Shown in pieces: positions 41,365 to 56,300 of a DNA stretch of 64,000 bases; position 1 is the first letter of the stretch; every line of letters starts with the position of its first letter. Location: the NCBI GenBank assembly GCA_951406725.2, contig OX597830.1, forward strand, positions 39,184,001 through 39,248,000, in the 5' to 3' direction. This DNA comes from Octopus vulgaris. Its lineage: Eukaryota. The position numbers and the translations under genes are program-made. The notes below the pieces were generated by a model. The model had not been told where the DNA came from and did no database searches. It saw nothing but the letters and a program-made list of their open reading frames with translations.

Positions 41365-41664
41365 TTGGGATGTCCGGGGTGAGAGATATCATCGCAGAGT
41401 ATGCACGCAGCAAGTATAGATGGGCTGGACACGTCGCCCGGCTCACCGATAATCGGTGGACGCACGTAGTTGTGGAGTGGTACCCGCGTGAGCGGAAAAG
41501 ACAACCCGGAAGACCTCCACGACGGTGGAGTTATGATTTCAGGAGGACGATTGAGATCACGTGGATGAGAAAGGCGCAATCCAGAGAAGAGTGGACAGCG
41601 TGCTGTGACCAGCGGTGTCAAACGGACGCCTGACAGACTGGTCGGTCAAGGTGATCAAGGTGAT
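41365..41664 (+). mobile_element. RTE-clade LINE 3' end
   Basis: KYRWAGHVARLTDNRWT..VEWYPRERKR.PGRPPRRW..WMRKAQSREEW; tandem tail CAAGGTGAT x2. Confidence 0.93.
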
Positions 41665-42299
41665 GTATATATATATATATATATATATTGTGAGCGTGTA
41701 TATATATATATATATATATTGTATATATATTGTGACCGGGAGTGAACTACTACTAAGTGTAGGGGGACAAGTATTCATCACCGAGGTTGACCATAACGAG
41801 ATCGAAACAGTACGGTCTGGTGGACTCGGGGTAAAATAGTAGGAGTTCCCTCCCCATTTCAATATATATCGAGCGCAGAATGCACTGAATAACCAGGTGA
41901 ATGGGGCATCCTCCTGGAGGTGAAATATCAGTATCGTCAGTTCCTAGGAAACACCCGTGTTTAGGTGGTGTTAACACCACTTCTCACTCTATGTATGTAT
42001 GTATGTATACATACATATTAAACTCATATATATATATGTGTGTGTACGCGTGCACAAGGTATTTAAATGCACCCATACATAGTCATAACGATACGCACAT
42101 ATGGATAGATACACTTGTGTATAAAACACAAGAACATGTGTATTCATTTAAACAAACTTTGGAGTTTCTTGATAACGGTAAGTGATTCTGTACGTACACA
42201 AAAAGTGTATCTATGCCTACACATATATACAGCCGAACATAAACACACACGCACACATCTATATACAGACTTATACTAGTGATTGTATATAGACACACG

Positions 42300-42380
<81 letters not shown>

Positions 42381-42599
42381 CAAACCGCACACATGTATAC
42401 ATTTATATAAACAAATACTAAAATTAGAATAAAACCAACATTTACAGAAAATTATATTACAAGTGGAATTTAGATAAAGTGAAATATAAGATTTATAATA
42501 TATAATTAATAAAAATAAAATTGAAAATAAAATAAAATTGAAGAAAAAATGTATCTAATCGATGAGAAATCAAAAATAAATCAAAACGAAGTCGAATGA

Positions 42600-43320
42600 C
42601 ATCATATGCAATTATCTTATGCCAACAGGGTGAATTTTATTTTTTTAAACTTTTGCTACAATTATTATGATTTATATTATTATCTACTACTTCAGTTTTA
42701 ATATTTTGATGCTTACTGCACTGTAATTCTTAAATGGCTGAGAATATTTATGTGTGCATTGAATAGCAATTACACACACATTTCAAAAATAATATAGTAC
42801 GGCCATCACTTAATATTTCTAGTACTCCGCGTGAACAAGTATGTCAGTCTTTCATATACCCTTAGTGCGATTTAATAAAGTTTAAGAAAGAGACCATTCT
42901 GGAATTTTTGATGAAATGTATTTTCAGCAAACGGAGTTGAGTACTTATGCTTTCATTAAAGAATGAGTGACAATTTGAATAATATACTTTTGAAAGCTAT
43001 ATGGAGTACTATTAGAATAATACACATTGTTTTACTACAATATTACAGAAACAACTTTTTAATGAGCAATTGTCTGATACGCGGAAGTTGCATTAAGTCT
43101 TATTGCCCTCACGGGATCCATTACGACAAAACAATTTTACGGGCCAATATAGATTCGGGGCTATAAAACGAATTAACTGTGGCATATTTATTGTTAAAAA
43201 TATTGTGAACGTTATTATAACTATAGATCGACCACTCCTTTTGCTGTTCATTTGACGTTTCCATAAACGAGAATATATTTGAGCTCGTTTTAGCATTTTG
43301 GTTATAATTCGACATATATA
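42600..43320 (-). pseudogene. Possible decayed Cys-loop extracellular domain
   Basis: FYSP/LYWPVK, TQLRL, GVLEILSDG, CTHKYSQPF..QC; could partly be a Penelope C-terminus instead. Confidence 0.3.
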
Positions 43321-43599
43321 AGCATAAGGGTTTAAATCTAAGCTCGATATAAAAATATTACGACCATTATTAGTTATATTGTTTAGTGTACGTCTACGAT
43401 GTTTAGGTATAACGTAAGATTATTTGATATACGATCATTTGACAGCGACCATTTTAAAAATACAATCTTATTTATTCTGAGGAGGGAAGTTATTTTTAAA
43501 AATGCTACAGTATACTGTTACCACGGTGAGAGGAATATTATACCCTGCGATAGTTCTTTTTCTTTTCTTGTTTCTTTGTTTTGTTGATTTTTATTATGT

Positions 43600-44800
43600 A
43601 TTCGTAAATTGTCGTTAGAGGGGGTAACTTTAGCTTTTATCTATTCTACGCGATATATTATTATTCTCAATACGAAAAGATTCAGATAACTGGTTAACGC
43701 TTCGTTAGATATCAGTAGCATTCCTTCCAACTAAACAAGGATTTTTTTTCTGTTATTCATAATCATTATAATATTATCGTTATGAGTACAAGATGATATT
43801 CGCCCTTGAATTCCCTGGAATCCAACCACAGTTTTTTTAATTTACTTGTGTGCTTTCTTTGTTCGTGTGTAGCTGAAATATTTTTTACCAAGTTATTTTT
43901 TATAGTTTGGGATTTTGAATTACAGAAACCATTTGTATTTCTAAAACAACTCTTATTATCTCTAACCTTGAAATTTATAAACTTTATCTTGGAAGTTTTA
44001 TTAGTATTCGTTGAGACTATTTGATTAAGAAAGAGAGTTATGTTTATGCATGAGATATGATATTTCTTCGTCATACCAACTTCTGAACAAGGTGTTATTA
44101 TAAGAAGTTTTTCATTAGCTTAGAAATTAGAAATACTTACTGAGATACTTACTACCAAGAAAAATTATTATTATAGATTTATTATGGTTGGGACTTTATT
44201 TATATGCAATATTTGATAAGGTTTATAAAGTGGGTGCTATAGACTATAATTTATCTTTAGATCGTCATCAAGAAATTTGACAGTTTTTATTCTAATCAAA
44301 CGTGCTTCTAAAGGTTCTGTTCATAAAGTATTTATAGAGGTCTATCTTAAGAAATTTTGATTCACATAAAGAGTGGTTTAAGGTTGTAGAACGAGTCATA
44401 TATTACGGTCATTTGCATAATTCTAGAAAATTATAATCTAATCCATACAAGAGGGAAAAGACTAACAAAACAGTTACATGAGCTGAATCGGGGCTAATAT
44501 CGATATGATGAACTATAGGTTTTCTAATACTGTAATAATTTTCGAATAAGATCATATATTTCGAGATAATGCTTATATCCTCAACTGTCAAACAGGCGGA
44601 TTTTCTAGCGGAAATACGCCATTTATTCAAAATTAATAGAGATAAGAATGAATTATGGCTATTAACGTCAAGTGTATCTTTATACACAGTTTGAGTGACA
44701 TGAAGAAGTCATCTTTGACTCTATTTACAAAGAATCATATCGTTTATGTCTGATGTTATGTTATTGTCACCTTTGTGTTTATACTTTTTTTAGCATCATT
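43600..44800 (-). mobile_element. Penelope-like RT relic
   Basis: DISII..ILFEN..IRK..DI-SPDSAHVT.L resembles PLE RT (FDVTMGS.DGA.V..LVG); KSCFRNTNGFC resembles the Cys linker. Confidence 0.5.
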
Positions 44801-45111
44801 AATATAACATATGTATATATAGGTATACCTGAAAAATTAGACTTTTAAAATATTACTAATGAAATATTCTTAATGAAACAGTACGCAAATTCTTTCATTA
44901 TGTCATTAAAATCCCTTATTTTTAAATTTAATTATAATAACTAATATGAATAATTACAGAGGTTATCATGAAACATACGTCTTGCAAATATTGCAAATGT
45001 ACATTAACAGCACCACTCTTCATATATATATATATATATATATATATGATAAAAATAATGTGTATACATATATTTATACATACACATATATATATATATA
45101 CAGATATATAA

Positions 45112-45155
<44 letters not shown>

Positions 45156-45163
45156 CGTATATA

Positions 45164-45165
45164 AC

Positions 45166-45252
<87 letters not shown>

Positions 45253-45277
45253 AAGAAGAAGAAGAAGAAGAAGAAGA
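45164..45277. repeat. (TAA)n(GAA)n microsatellite
   Basis: Direct reading. Confidence 0.97.
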
Positions 45278-45778
45278 CATCATATTGAAAGATTTCATAC
45301 AAAATTCATGCCTCCTCATAGATACGACTGTCCCAATTGATATAAACGTATCTGTCAAGACCTACCAAAAACTGAGCAAGTTTAAAGATCTTGAAATATT
45401 AATTAGCAAAATGTGGAACCTGAAGATTAAAACAATACCTGTTGTCATAGGTGTTCTGGGAATGATAACAAAAGAGGCTGATCGCTACCTAGCTCAGATA
45501 CCAGGAAACCCCAAAATGGCAGAAATTCAAAAGATAGTGCTCATGGAAACTGCCCATATCCTTCGCAAAATACTTTCTATGTAATCTCAAGTTTTAAAAC
45601 AAACACATAATATTCTTATGGTTTCTTAAACATTCACTAGAACAACACTATATACAAAACCATATATATGGCACCCTAGGCATAACACCAACATGAACTT
45701 CTAAATTGTTGTCTCTTGAGTTCTCTGGATGAGACTTGGAGCCAACTTGTACAAAAGTAAAGCAAAAGTCAAACATAA

Positions 45779-45780
<2 letters not shown>
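45278..45780 (+). mobile_element. R4/Dong-like LINE 3' end, second subfamily
   Basis: CLLIDTTVP.D.N..K..QKLSKFKDL..MW..IPVVIGVLG..IQKIVLMETAHILRKILS; 3' UTR ends in (TAA)n. Confidence 0.92.
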
Positions 45781-45855
<75 letters not shown>

Positions 45856-45857
45856 TA

Positions 45858-46335
45858 ATAAGGTCACAGAAAATGGGAAAGTAACCATACTATGGGATAT
45901 GCCAATACACGCAAACAGAGAAATTAAGGCCCATAGCCAGATATAGTTGTCTGAGATTATGCAGAAAAAATGCTTTCTAATTGATGTATCAATACCAACA
46001 GATGACAATGTTTCTCTAAAAGAAATACAAAGACCTGGAAATAGAAGTAAGTCGAATGTGAAGTCTAAAAATAGAAACAGTTCCTATCATAGTGGGTGTA
46101 TTTGGTATGATAAAAAATATTCAGACAAATACATAACAAAAACACCAGGACTAACAAATATATATAACATACAGAAAATAGCACTACTAGGCACACGTCC
46201 TAAGTAAAACACTTTCAATACAGTAAACATAAGAGCATCACAGCAAACCACAGCACATATCCAAGACACACAGAGCTGCGCTCGGCAGTGCCGTGAAAGC
46301 ATGTTATAAAAATAAGACTACTGAATAATAATGAA
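45858..46335 (+). mobile_element. R4/Dong LINE 3' end (same family as 26388-27290)
   Basis: WDMPIH..PDIVV..CFLIDVSIPTDDNVS; same 3' UTR; (TAA)n on both sides. Confidence 0.92.
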
Positions 46336-46387
<52 letters not shown>

Positions 46388-47020
46388 TATCTATATATAC
46401 ATGCATATATATATAACCCTAACCCTAAACGCACGTAAATGTGAAGAATGATAATGAAGGCTCAAGACTGTATCGGTGGATACAGATTCTTTATCCTTCA
46501 AATTATTTTTATTAAGGCCACAATTCGTTTCACGGTAAGATGTGTCTCAACAATTATTCAAGCCAAACACATACAAAAATAATTGGTGTTTGTTTCCATT
46601 TTGGATTAAAACACGGAAATTTACGGAAATCACAATGAGATCACGCGAGAATTTTCGGCAAATGAAAACGAGTAATCGGGGCAGACAACTCTTGGTGAAA
46701 CACTCTTCAATTTGACTTTATAGGAATAATTCAAGTAGCAATGTTTTTGACTACATAGACTTGCTTTAATGTTTAAACTTCACGAATATTTTGTAGTTTT
46801 AAAATTTGTACACTTCAAAATTCGTATTTACTTGTACGTGCACCTGGTCGCCAAGGGCTTATCATAAGTTTGTTGCCAAAATTTTTCCGTTTTCGTAATT
46901 CATATTTTTTTAGTTCGTCTATGCATTACGTGGTCTTTTGTGGATCCACATGCATATACATGCATGTGCATGCACACATAAGAATGCAACACATGCACAT
47001 GTAGATACACACAGACATAG

Positions 47021-47060
<40 letters not shown>

Positions 47061-47759
47061 ACGAAAGAAAGAGAAGCACAAACATAGTGCTAGCATAAAA
47101 ATCACGATCTATTGCTTTAGCCTGGAGTTGAAAGATATTTTGTGAATCCTTAATTATTTTTTTCGTGATCCATCTTTTAAAGATGGAGTTTTATATCTTT
47201 GTTAGAAACCAGCTCCTTCAGATGAAGAATTTAAATGATTAATTATGAAAGAGACATACATACATACATATACATGACAGAACAAATAATGTCATGTTAG
47301 ACTTCTTAGCACTCAATTAACTTACTAACCCTGTATTATATATGTTGCTCGCACAACGTATCACTAAAATGTAAAATTTCCATAATAAAATATGCTGTTT
47401 TGCATTGTTTCACGGAAACTGTGCTGCAACATTCCATGTGTTTAAAATGTTTTTCTCTATTTTTACGATGGTGTACGCTTTCAATTTACGATGAACAAAA
47501 TTTATTTACTAAATGAGGAAACCATATACATTCAACTCTGCATTATCTTCCGGTCCTCTTTTTCCGTTAAGAGAAATGTATACTCGATGAATCTCATTCA
47601 ATCTAATTAATAATATAATTAAGATTTCACAATACATTTTCCCTCCGGATCTGTCAGAAATAATTTGATTTCTAATCTATCACGTTTATAGTAATTTGCT
47701 ATGGATGCACAGTTATTTACTCCATGGCTCATTTTGTTCTGAATCGCTCTCCTGGCGAC

Positions 47760-47834
<75 letters not shown>

Positions 47835-48012
47835 GATCATTCTCTCTCTCACACGTACTTGTGCCTATAATCTATGTATATATGTATGTACTTATATAAA
47901 TATATATATACATCAATGCATATAGATATGTATGTATGTGTGTGTATATATGTGCATATATATATATATATATGTGTGTGTGTATATATATAATATACGT
48001 GTGCGTGTGTGT

Positions 48013-48268
48013 AGGTGATAGGTAGGTAGGTAGGTAGGTAGGTAGGTAGGTAGGTAGGTAGGTAGGTAGGTAGGTAGGTAGGTAGGTAGGTAGGTAGGTA
48101 GGTAGGTAGGTAGATAGTAGGTAGGTAGGTAGGTAGGTAGGTAGGTAGGTAGGTAGGTAGGTAGGTAGGTATGTATGTAGGTAGGTAGGTAGGTAGGTAG
48201 GTAGGTAGGTAGGTAGGTAGGTAGGTAGGTAGGTAGGTAGGTAGGTAGGTAGGTAGGTAAGTAAGTAG
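48013..48268. repeat. (TAGG)n microsatellite
   Basis: Direct reading; source of the poly-LPTY ORFs. Confidence 0.97.
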
Positions 48269-48507
48269 ATATGCTTGTATGTACGTATATATATATATGC
48301 CTCAAAAAGTAGCAGCCGATGAAAATGCAACAGCCTCCAGCTCCCGATTATAACAATGGACTTCCTTCGAATAAATTTGATATCGTTATACCCCCTATAC
48401 TAAAGTCTACTCTAACTGTACATCTCTTCTCTGCAGACCAGTACGAAATATTAAGTTGGGAAAGATCCAAATTGTACGAAATCCTACAAGAAGTAGAACA
48501 TTATAGT

Positions 48508-49282
<775 letters not shown>

Positions 49283-50419
49283 AGGTTTAAAAGAATTTCA
49301 AGAGTTAGCATGTCTTTGCTAATACCTCTGCTTGTCCCACGCAGTTGCTTCGCTTTTATATATTACCCATCATATCTACAACCCTTTGTGTTTCTGTAAC
49401 TTCGTATATTTCTCCCACCATTAAATGACAGATATTCAAACCGAACACCAGCATCATCCATGTTTGAAGTGAAGATGTGTCATGATTTGGGAGCAAATAC
49501 AAGATTAAAGAAATTATATTTAATTTCATGTGTGCTATATATAAAAAGAATGACCAATCAGCTCTGTTCTCAAAGTTATTGTTCGGTCCCATTTCATTCT
49601 TGTCGAACAGATCTATGGTTAAAGACTTTAAAATATTTCCAGTCATGACCATCCCATCTTTTTGTTAATCAGGCTTTACATTGCATACATTTCATAATTG
49701 AAGACGGTGGGGCTTCTTTGATGGAAATTTGTTTGTTATTTATAGCAAGCCAGGCGGACACCAACCGTGTGTCTTATTCCTTTTAATGAGGTAGCCGCTC
49801 ATAGCTGCAAGATAATTACTGAAATCAATAAAATATATAATAGAAATAGCAACAGGAACAAATAATCTCAGCGATGAAACTGTAGCTACAAACTGTAACT
49901 ACGAACTAAACCTTGTCATTTATATAAGAATCTATATATACACAGTACTGAGTAGATTTGGTAAATCCTGATCGGGTATAGACTAAAATCAATGGTATAT
50001 AAATTAGGTTAAATCAGTTTTATTTCTAGAGATACTGCAACTAGAAATATATTGCCATAAATGACTTTACCTCTTTAAGACAGTTCATTATGACCTGATG
50101 GATAATTGCCTGCACTGGCTACACCGAGTAGACTGCGATTTGACGGAGGAGCGGATCTTGTTTTGAATTGCTCTAAGTCTGTGCCGTTGGTATATTTGGT
50201 AATTTCGAAGAACGTTAGATCCTGGATGGACCACAAAATACGAACAAACTTACTTGAGTCGCTGAGAATATCACAACGATATTAGGCGGATTCGGACATT
50301 TGGCGGACTCTTCCTTGAAGCTAGCCATGCTATTTCCTCTAATTTTAATATAAAATTTTAAAATGAAGTAAATTAATGTATATGAATTAGACCTACATTG
50401 TATAGCAAATGCTATTCTC

Positions 50420-51480
50420 TATATATGATCGATTCATTCCTAAAATAAGAACCTCATGCTGCTCATCCAACATTCTTCCGGTTTAATACTTCAATAATCA
50501 TTTGTTCATAAGTTGTCTGCAGACACTATTTTCAGTTTTAATCACATAACATTGTATATTTAATCTTCATGTCTTAAATTAACAAATCGGGTAAAATCGT
50601 AGAGCGATTTTGACAAGTGTTAAAATCTCCAGCATATGAATCCTCTATTTGATTATTATGGAGACGAATTCGTATAACTTTTACTATCATATACAAACCA
50701 ACAAGTGTGGTCCTACGTAGTTGATAGACCAAGTGAAAACACACAAATTTCTGATGCAACACATCACACTAAATACGGGAGGGTAACATTTGATAATGTC
50801 ATCATATATTGCTATATACATAAGCTGTAAGCTAATGTTTATAGTAGATAATCAGATAACGAAGTCTTTGATTTTATGATCTGCTTGATGTGGGTTGATA
50901 TGGTGCTAAACAACAATAAAATAAACTTTCATCATTAATAATTTTCCCGACGGTAGGAGTGTTATATATTCACTCATAAATTTCCGACTTTAAGCTTATC
51001 TAACGAAATAATTTACGAAGCAATCCAGGTGTTGGAAATTTAATTATGCTACGTAACGGTTTTATATTTAATAATCGTAAATTTTCATCTACCTAAACAA
51101 TGGCCAATTTTGATGCTACAATGTGAAGATATACTCTAATTGTCATAAGCACAGAAACTTTGCAACATGACGCTTGTAAATGAAATTATAAAATAAATAC
51201 TACGGAATATTATGAAAATAAGAATGGTATTTTGGGATTTAGCAGACGTGGAAAAACATGACTAGCGATGTCTAGACGTAATATATCTGAAGTATAATCT
51301 ACAGAATGAAAGAAAATGGGTAAGTATATTTGAAGAATCATTCTACAAATAAGTATTGATAGTGACAAATTCTATCTAGAGTATACGAGAAATTACGATA
51401 CATTTAAGTAATATCCGGTATTGAGAAATGAAGTGGTCTGAGATTTTGTCAGCGGAAATTAAGTTGATAAAGAAAAAACA
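50420..51480 (+). pseudogene. Possible decayed Cys-loop receptor-like gene
   Basis: NILPV, NPLFDYYG..QVWS, GRVTFD, WP/FDAT/CE, EYYENKNG/WDL, IIYRMK; spacing is irregular. Confidence 0.3.
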
Positions 51481-51574
51481 AAAAGAAAATTAATACAACT
51501 TTTATTGCTAAGACTACTAGAGCATTACTAATACTCATGCTGTTAATATTTATATTAACCGTGATATTTTTCTA

Positions 51575-52385
51575 ATTTAGGCACAGCTTTAGATGTAAGG
51601 GATTAGTGTATTAAATCGGCACCAATATGTAACTGGCACTACGTCTTTAATCCAGAGAGATTAAAAGCAAAGCAGGCTTTGGCAAGATTTGAAATCAAAT
51701 CGTGAAGAACTGGAATAAATACTATCAGCATGGTGCTTGTTTTTTATTCAGAGAAATAAAAGTAGTAATCATTGCATTATATTTTGGCACAAGGACAGCA
51801 ATCCTGGTGAGAGGGAATTAATTAATTACATCGATCTCAGTACTTGAGTGGTTCTTTATTTTATCGATCCCGAATGCATTAAAAGCAATGATAACTTCGG
51901 CGAGATTTGAACTCAATGGGTAAAGAGCCGAAAGAAATACCACGAAGCATTATGTCCGACGCAGTGACGTATCTCCTTGCTCACCACCTTAGCAATAGTA
52001 ATCACGATAATAGCGTAAGGCCAGATATTTTTACGAGTACTTTAGTTGATATCATTGACCATAGTCCAATATATGATTGACTTCGGAGGGTTGGAAAGAA
52101 ATAAAACTAATAAACGATATTTGAACTCAGGGCTTAGAAATCCGTCCTAAATTATGTCAGGTATTTGTCCGTCGCTGTAACAATATTTCCAATCTACCAC
52201 CATTACTGTTCCTAAAAAAGTCACAAGGTGTAGGAGAGAGATTGATATTATCGATCGAATATTTCATTGGTGCTTTGTTATTGATCCGGAGGGATGAAGT
52301 GCAAAACTGACCTTAGCCGGATTCGAACGGAGAGTGTAAGGCACCTTAGCACATGCATTATGTCTGAAGTTCGAATATATTTGCC
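51575..52385 (-). mobile_element. Cluster of about four old SINE family 1-like copies
   Basis: Recurrent ATTTGAA.TCA, ATTT.GTCCG and GGCACA motifs at ~200-bp spacing. Confidence 0.6.
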
Positions 52386-52657
52386 AATAATGATAACAAC
52401 CCTGATGTAATACCAGACATTGGCTCTCATGGTTTCTGACTTACTGATTGAAACTGTACATATATTGTTTTGCGTTAAAAGATGCAATACAACAAATAGT
52501 CTGCTGGATACCACAAAATTACTTATCGAGTGCTTGATCTTAACTAGTTGAAAATGTCCCTTAGTAACTGACGATATGTGCATCTCTGATGAAGATGAGA
52601 GTAGAAAATTACTATTTGTAAATCTCACAACGAGAGATATTCAGCAACAGTACTTTA

Positions 52658-52961
52658 GAGTAAAGATTGTTTGCCAACATAATATGTCGGTCCTGGTTTT
52701 AGGACGAACGTTGCTTTAATTTAGCCCCAGGAAACATCGCCTCCAGCTGGCTATACGACACTATCTAGCACCCCCACTTAGCTCAAAGCAATAACCCAGA
52801 AATCGCGATGCACAGGTATTGTTTTGAGCTGGGTGGGGGTGCTAGATTCCCTTGTTCGAAAATATAAGGACAAAGATCGTGTCGTATAGCCAGATGGAGA
52901 CAATGACTCCTGGGGCTAAATTACAGGACTGCCATGTTATGTTGGCAAACAAACTTTACTC
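52658..52961. mobile_element. MITE-like nested palindrome
   Basis: Outer arms GAGTAAAG.TTGTTTGCCAACATAA..TAATTTAGCCCCAGG..CTCCA.CTGGCTATACGACAC; inner hairpin TCTAGCACCCCCAC.AGCTCAAA.CAATA; arm motif also at 3988-4020 and 8153-8188. Confidence 0.75.
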
Positions 52962-52969
52962 CAAGACAG

Positions 52970-53295
52970 GAGTAGTTGGGAAGCATCATAGCTGGGTGTC
53001 TCAATAATTCACAAATGGAAATAGCCCTTGCCTGATCATCAGAAGATTCTAACAAGGCCCTACCTGTAAAGTCTTGTGCTGTTTATCTTGATATAAAGCA
53101 CCACGTCATGCACATATGGCCAGAGTACTTCACACATAGAAACAGCCTTCATCTGACCATAAGGAGATTCTAACTATCTGTTTATCTTGATATGGTGTCA
53201 CCTGACCATAAGGAAATTCTAACTACCTGTTTATCTTTATATAGGGTCACCATGTCATGCAAATATGGTCGTGATTCATAGACATCGCATATTAG
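52970..53295. mobile_element. Repeat related to 28083-28532, with an internal ~50-bp tandem duplication
   Basis: Inverted similarity to 28190-28290; CTGACCATAAGGA.ATTCTAACTA.CTGTTTATCTT x2. Confidence 0.6.
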
Positions 53296-53309
53296 GCATC
53301 GTATATTTG

Positions 53310-53720
53310 TCAGCTATCACCCTGTATTATGGCAAATCAATCGCGGAAGACGTGACCGAAATGGGCCACCGAGAGTGCAGTTGCATGGTATCATGTCAAA
53401 AGCTTTTGATTGAGCTAGACTGATCAGAGTCTCAGCCATACCATATTTCTTACCCATCTTCTTTATGATATATTGCACGAGGAGGTGATTGCCATAAATA
53501 TCTTTCTTCGGGATGAGGCGTGTTTGCGCAACACCAATTACTTCAGAGTCTACAAGAACCAACCACTTTGCTAATAAACATTGTGGCCAACATCTAGTAA
53601 TTTGTGTTTAACAGAGTCATGGACAGAAAACTATCAATGTGATCCCCCATGCCTAGGTTCCTCCTCCACAGTGCAACAACTTCTCAGTTAACTGAGAGTT
53701 CTCCTGTTCTGCTGCCAGCT
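53310..53720 (-). mobile_element. Tx1/L1-like RT relic
   Basis: AQTRLIPKKDIYGNHLLVQYII..LISLAQSKAFD. Confidence 0.75.
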
Positions 53721-53949
53721 ACAGTATATATCTACGGAGAGGTATCTATAGATGTATGGTCCATAAAAATAAAACTCGTTCTTAAGGCCTTCCAAACGAA
53801 GCACACCAACCATATTTACTTTTACTACTCTACGTCCAAGGAAAAGTGATATGACCAACACTTCTGCAAGAAACTAAATAACATTAGTCCATCCCGGTCA
53901 CATGTGAGCTGGGGTAAATTACAACAGTCAATAGGTAGTATATAATGAG

Positions 53950-54668
53950 GGTTACGTATGTTTTTATCCTATCTGCAGACTTTTCAAGAATAGCTTCCTT
54001 TCAACTTATTTCTGGGTAAGATTAATCACCTTTCTTGTAAATCTGTCTCCGTTTCTTATCCACCTGGATGTCTGGACCAAAGCAGACAACACGAAACTAT
54101 CCGTCCATTGCCCCTGATGCTATTTGAAGGCTAGAAATTGTCTTCTCAGGCGCACTCACAAGCCTGCTAATTTTCCATGATTGATTTTTGATCCTGCTAT
54201 ATTCTCAATTTCCTTTATAATGTTATCAGGCATCTCGATTTCCGTATCGACATGACTCTTAACCATCCCAGTTAGAGCGGGTTGCCTTTCAATGGCTTTA
54301 GCTTCCACTAGATTGGCTGGAGCGTTAGTAAATACGTAAGAGATGGAAGAAGTCAACGTTATCGGACCAATCGTGTCATTTCAAATGATTCTAAAAGGTG
54401 GCCATTTATTTTGACGACCAAGCAGACACCCCTGATCATTGAAGCGATCCAGCCTCTGAAGACGGGACCAAAACCGACTGCATTGAGGACAGTCAATAAG
54501 TAACACTGCTTGGCATTATCCACCCAAGTTGATCAAAACCCCATCTATGATGTATCGCATGAAGTGGCGACAGCTTCCGATACACTGGATCAGGACTGTG
54601 CACATCTGTGCTTTCATGACCATGCTACTGGCGACGAGTGTCAATTACTTTGCCCGTTTCTTGTTCAA
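53950..54668 (-). mobile_element. Second Tx1/L1-like RT relic
   Basis: AQMCTV..FMRYII..LINL; VLNAVGFGPVFRGWI..VKINGH; AGSKINHGK..GL. Confidence 0.75.
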
Positions 54669-54669
54669 A

Positions 54670-55760
54670 ATCTTAGATTCTGCATATCGACCATAACAGC
54701 ATGAAAGAAAGCAAAATCGATCCCAGAATACACATGACGTAATTAATTCTAAATATAAAGCTCAGAATATGAAAGCTGTAATTAAATATATCGTGGTTAC
54801 TGTGAAAGTGACGAAGTAAGATAATTTGATTAACTTTAATTAAATCCTTTGCAATCATGAAAATGTATATGGCATTGTCTCAAGTGTCGTTAGTTGTAGA
54901 CAATGTCATTGATTATTATGTTACGTAAAGTTGATGTTGCAGATTTAGTTAAAGACATTCCATTTCATTTCAGAATAATGACCCAAAACAGACACTCGGT
55001 CCATGAGAAATAGCAGCCAAATCTTCGCCAGTTCACAACTAATCAGTCTGAGTTAGAATATTGTAATCTATAAATCCGCACGTTATTTCCAGAAGAAGGA
55101 AGGACATTGTATTAGGCATTTACATATCATTGAAAAGAAAATGTGTTCAAGCCTGCAAGTCTTTAAATTTACTAGATGTCATAGCTGATTTGATACTAAA
55201 TAACAATGCTGTTGTTATATAGCACTATAAACTAGATTTATTTTCTTAGCGAAAATATGTTCGCGAAAATGAAGTTTTTAATTGATAATATATCTTTTCT
55301 CAATTAGGCAGTAGTGAAACATGAAAACAAACAAATATATATATTTGTCTTTCCCTATAATCAACTAGTTTAATATGAATTTCATGTAAGAGCGCAATTT
55401 TATTTTGTTGTCGAAAATAGAAAGCAACGGCCTAAACATTCATAGGTTCATTGTTTTAGAAAGACATACAACCTCGAAATGATTATTCTTTTGTAAGGTC
55501 GTTTGCTTAACTATCCTTCCAGGCAACAAGCACAACGGAACTACTATTGTACATCTTTATGTCATCTAAAATAAATTTCTATTTTAATAAATGCTATCTT
55601 GCAAAATTGATGTATTTTATAAGCAATTAAAAATAGAAAATTAAAGTTATCTAGAAGCTTCTCCGCCGTCTCTCAATTTGCCACCAAATTCAGAGTAACA
55701 TATGCAATGTAGTTAAATAAAAATAACTTTTAATTAATTGGAATTACATTTGTAATTAAA
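54670..55760 (-). pseudogene. Decayed Cys-loop receptor-like gene, cut after M1 by Tx1
   Basis: AEKLLDNFN, IKIEIYF, VLVAWKD, FRPLLSIFD, LVDYR, FN*ICNINF, KDLIKV, YVMCILGSILLSFMLL; possible continuation FLLSSSSEMHISSV at ~52400-52630. Confidence 0.5.
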
Positions 55761-55944
55761 AGTGAAATTATTTGCATTAATGGTAATTCTTTTCAGGATA
55801 GAAAATTGGGAGACCCTAACTCCGTAATATAAATTGACGGACAATTTTGGATTGCAGCTTTTGGTAAACTTTCTTTAAGCAAAGTAATGAGAATGTGTGA
55901 TGTTCAAATATTATTTCGTGGTGAAGATAGCAATATAGGAGTTT

Positions 55945-56300
55945 CTGATTTAGGCTCAAGGCCAGCAATTATAAGGGATTGGAGTTAGTCCAGACCATCG
56001 AATGTACCACATCAGTGACACTTTATTTCATTTACTCCGGAGGGTTGAGTGGAAAAGTTGTCTACAGGAGGATTCATAGAGCAGTGTACATAGTAGTTTC
56101 TTATTTTGGTAAAAGAAAACCCAGCAGATTTGGAAAACGAGGACTAATTGATCATATCGATTCCAGTACTCAATTGGCACTACTTATTTCATCGACTCCA
56201 AAAGAATGAATTACAAAGTTGACCTCGGTAAAATTTGAACAGGAAGAAATATCGCTAACATTTGATCTGATGCGCTGACGATTCTGCCAGCTCGCTCCTT
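55945..56300 (-). mobile_element. SINE family 1-like degenerate copies
   Basis: CGATTCTGCCAGCTCGC reverse head at 56279-56296; AAAGTTGACCTCGG. Confidence 0.7.

Noticed and set aside
46413-46429. Telomere-like TAACCC repeats (also near 25723)
   Set aside because: Only 2-3 units; not a meaningful array.
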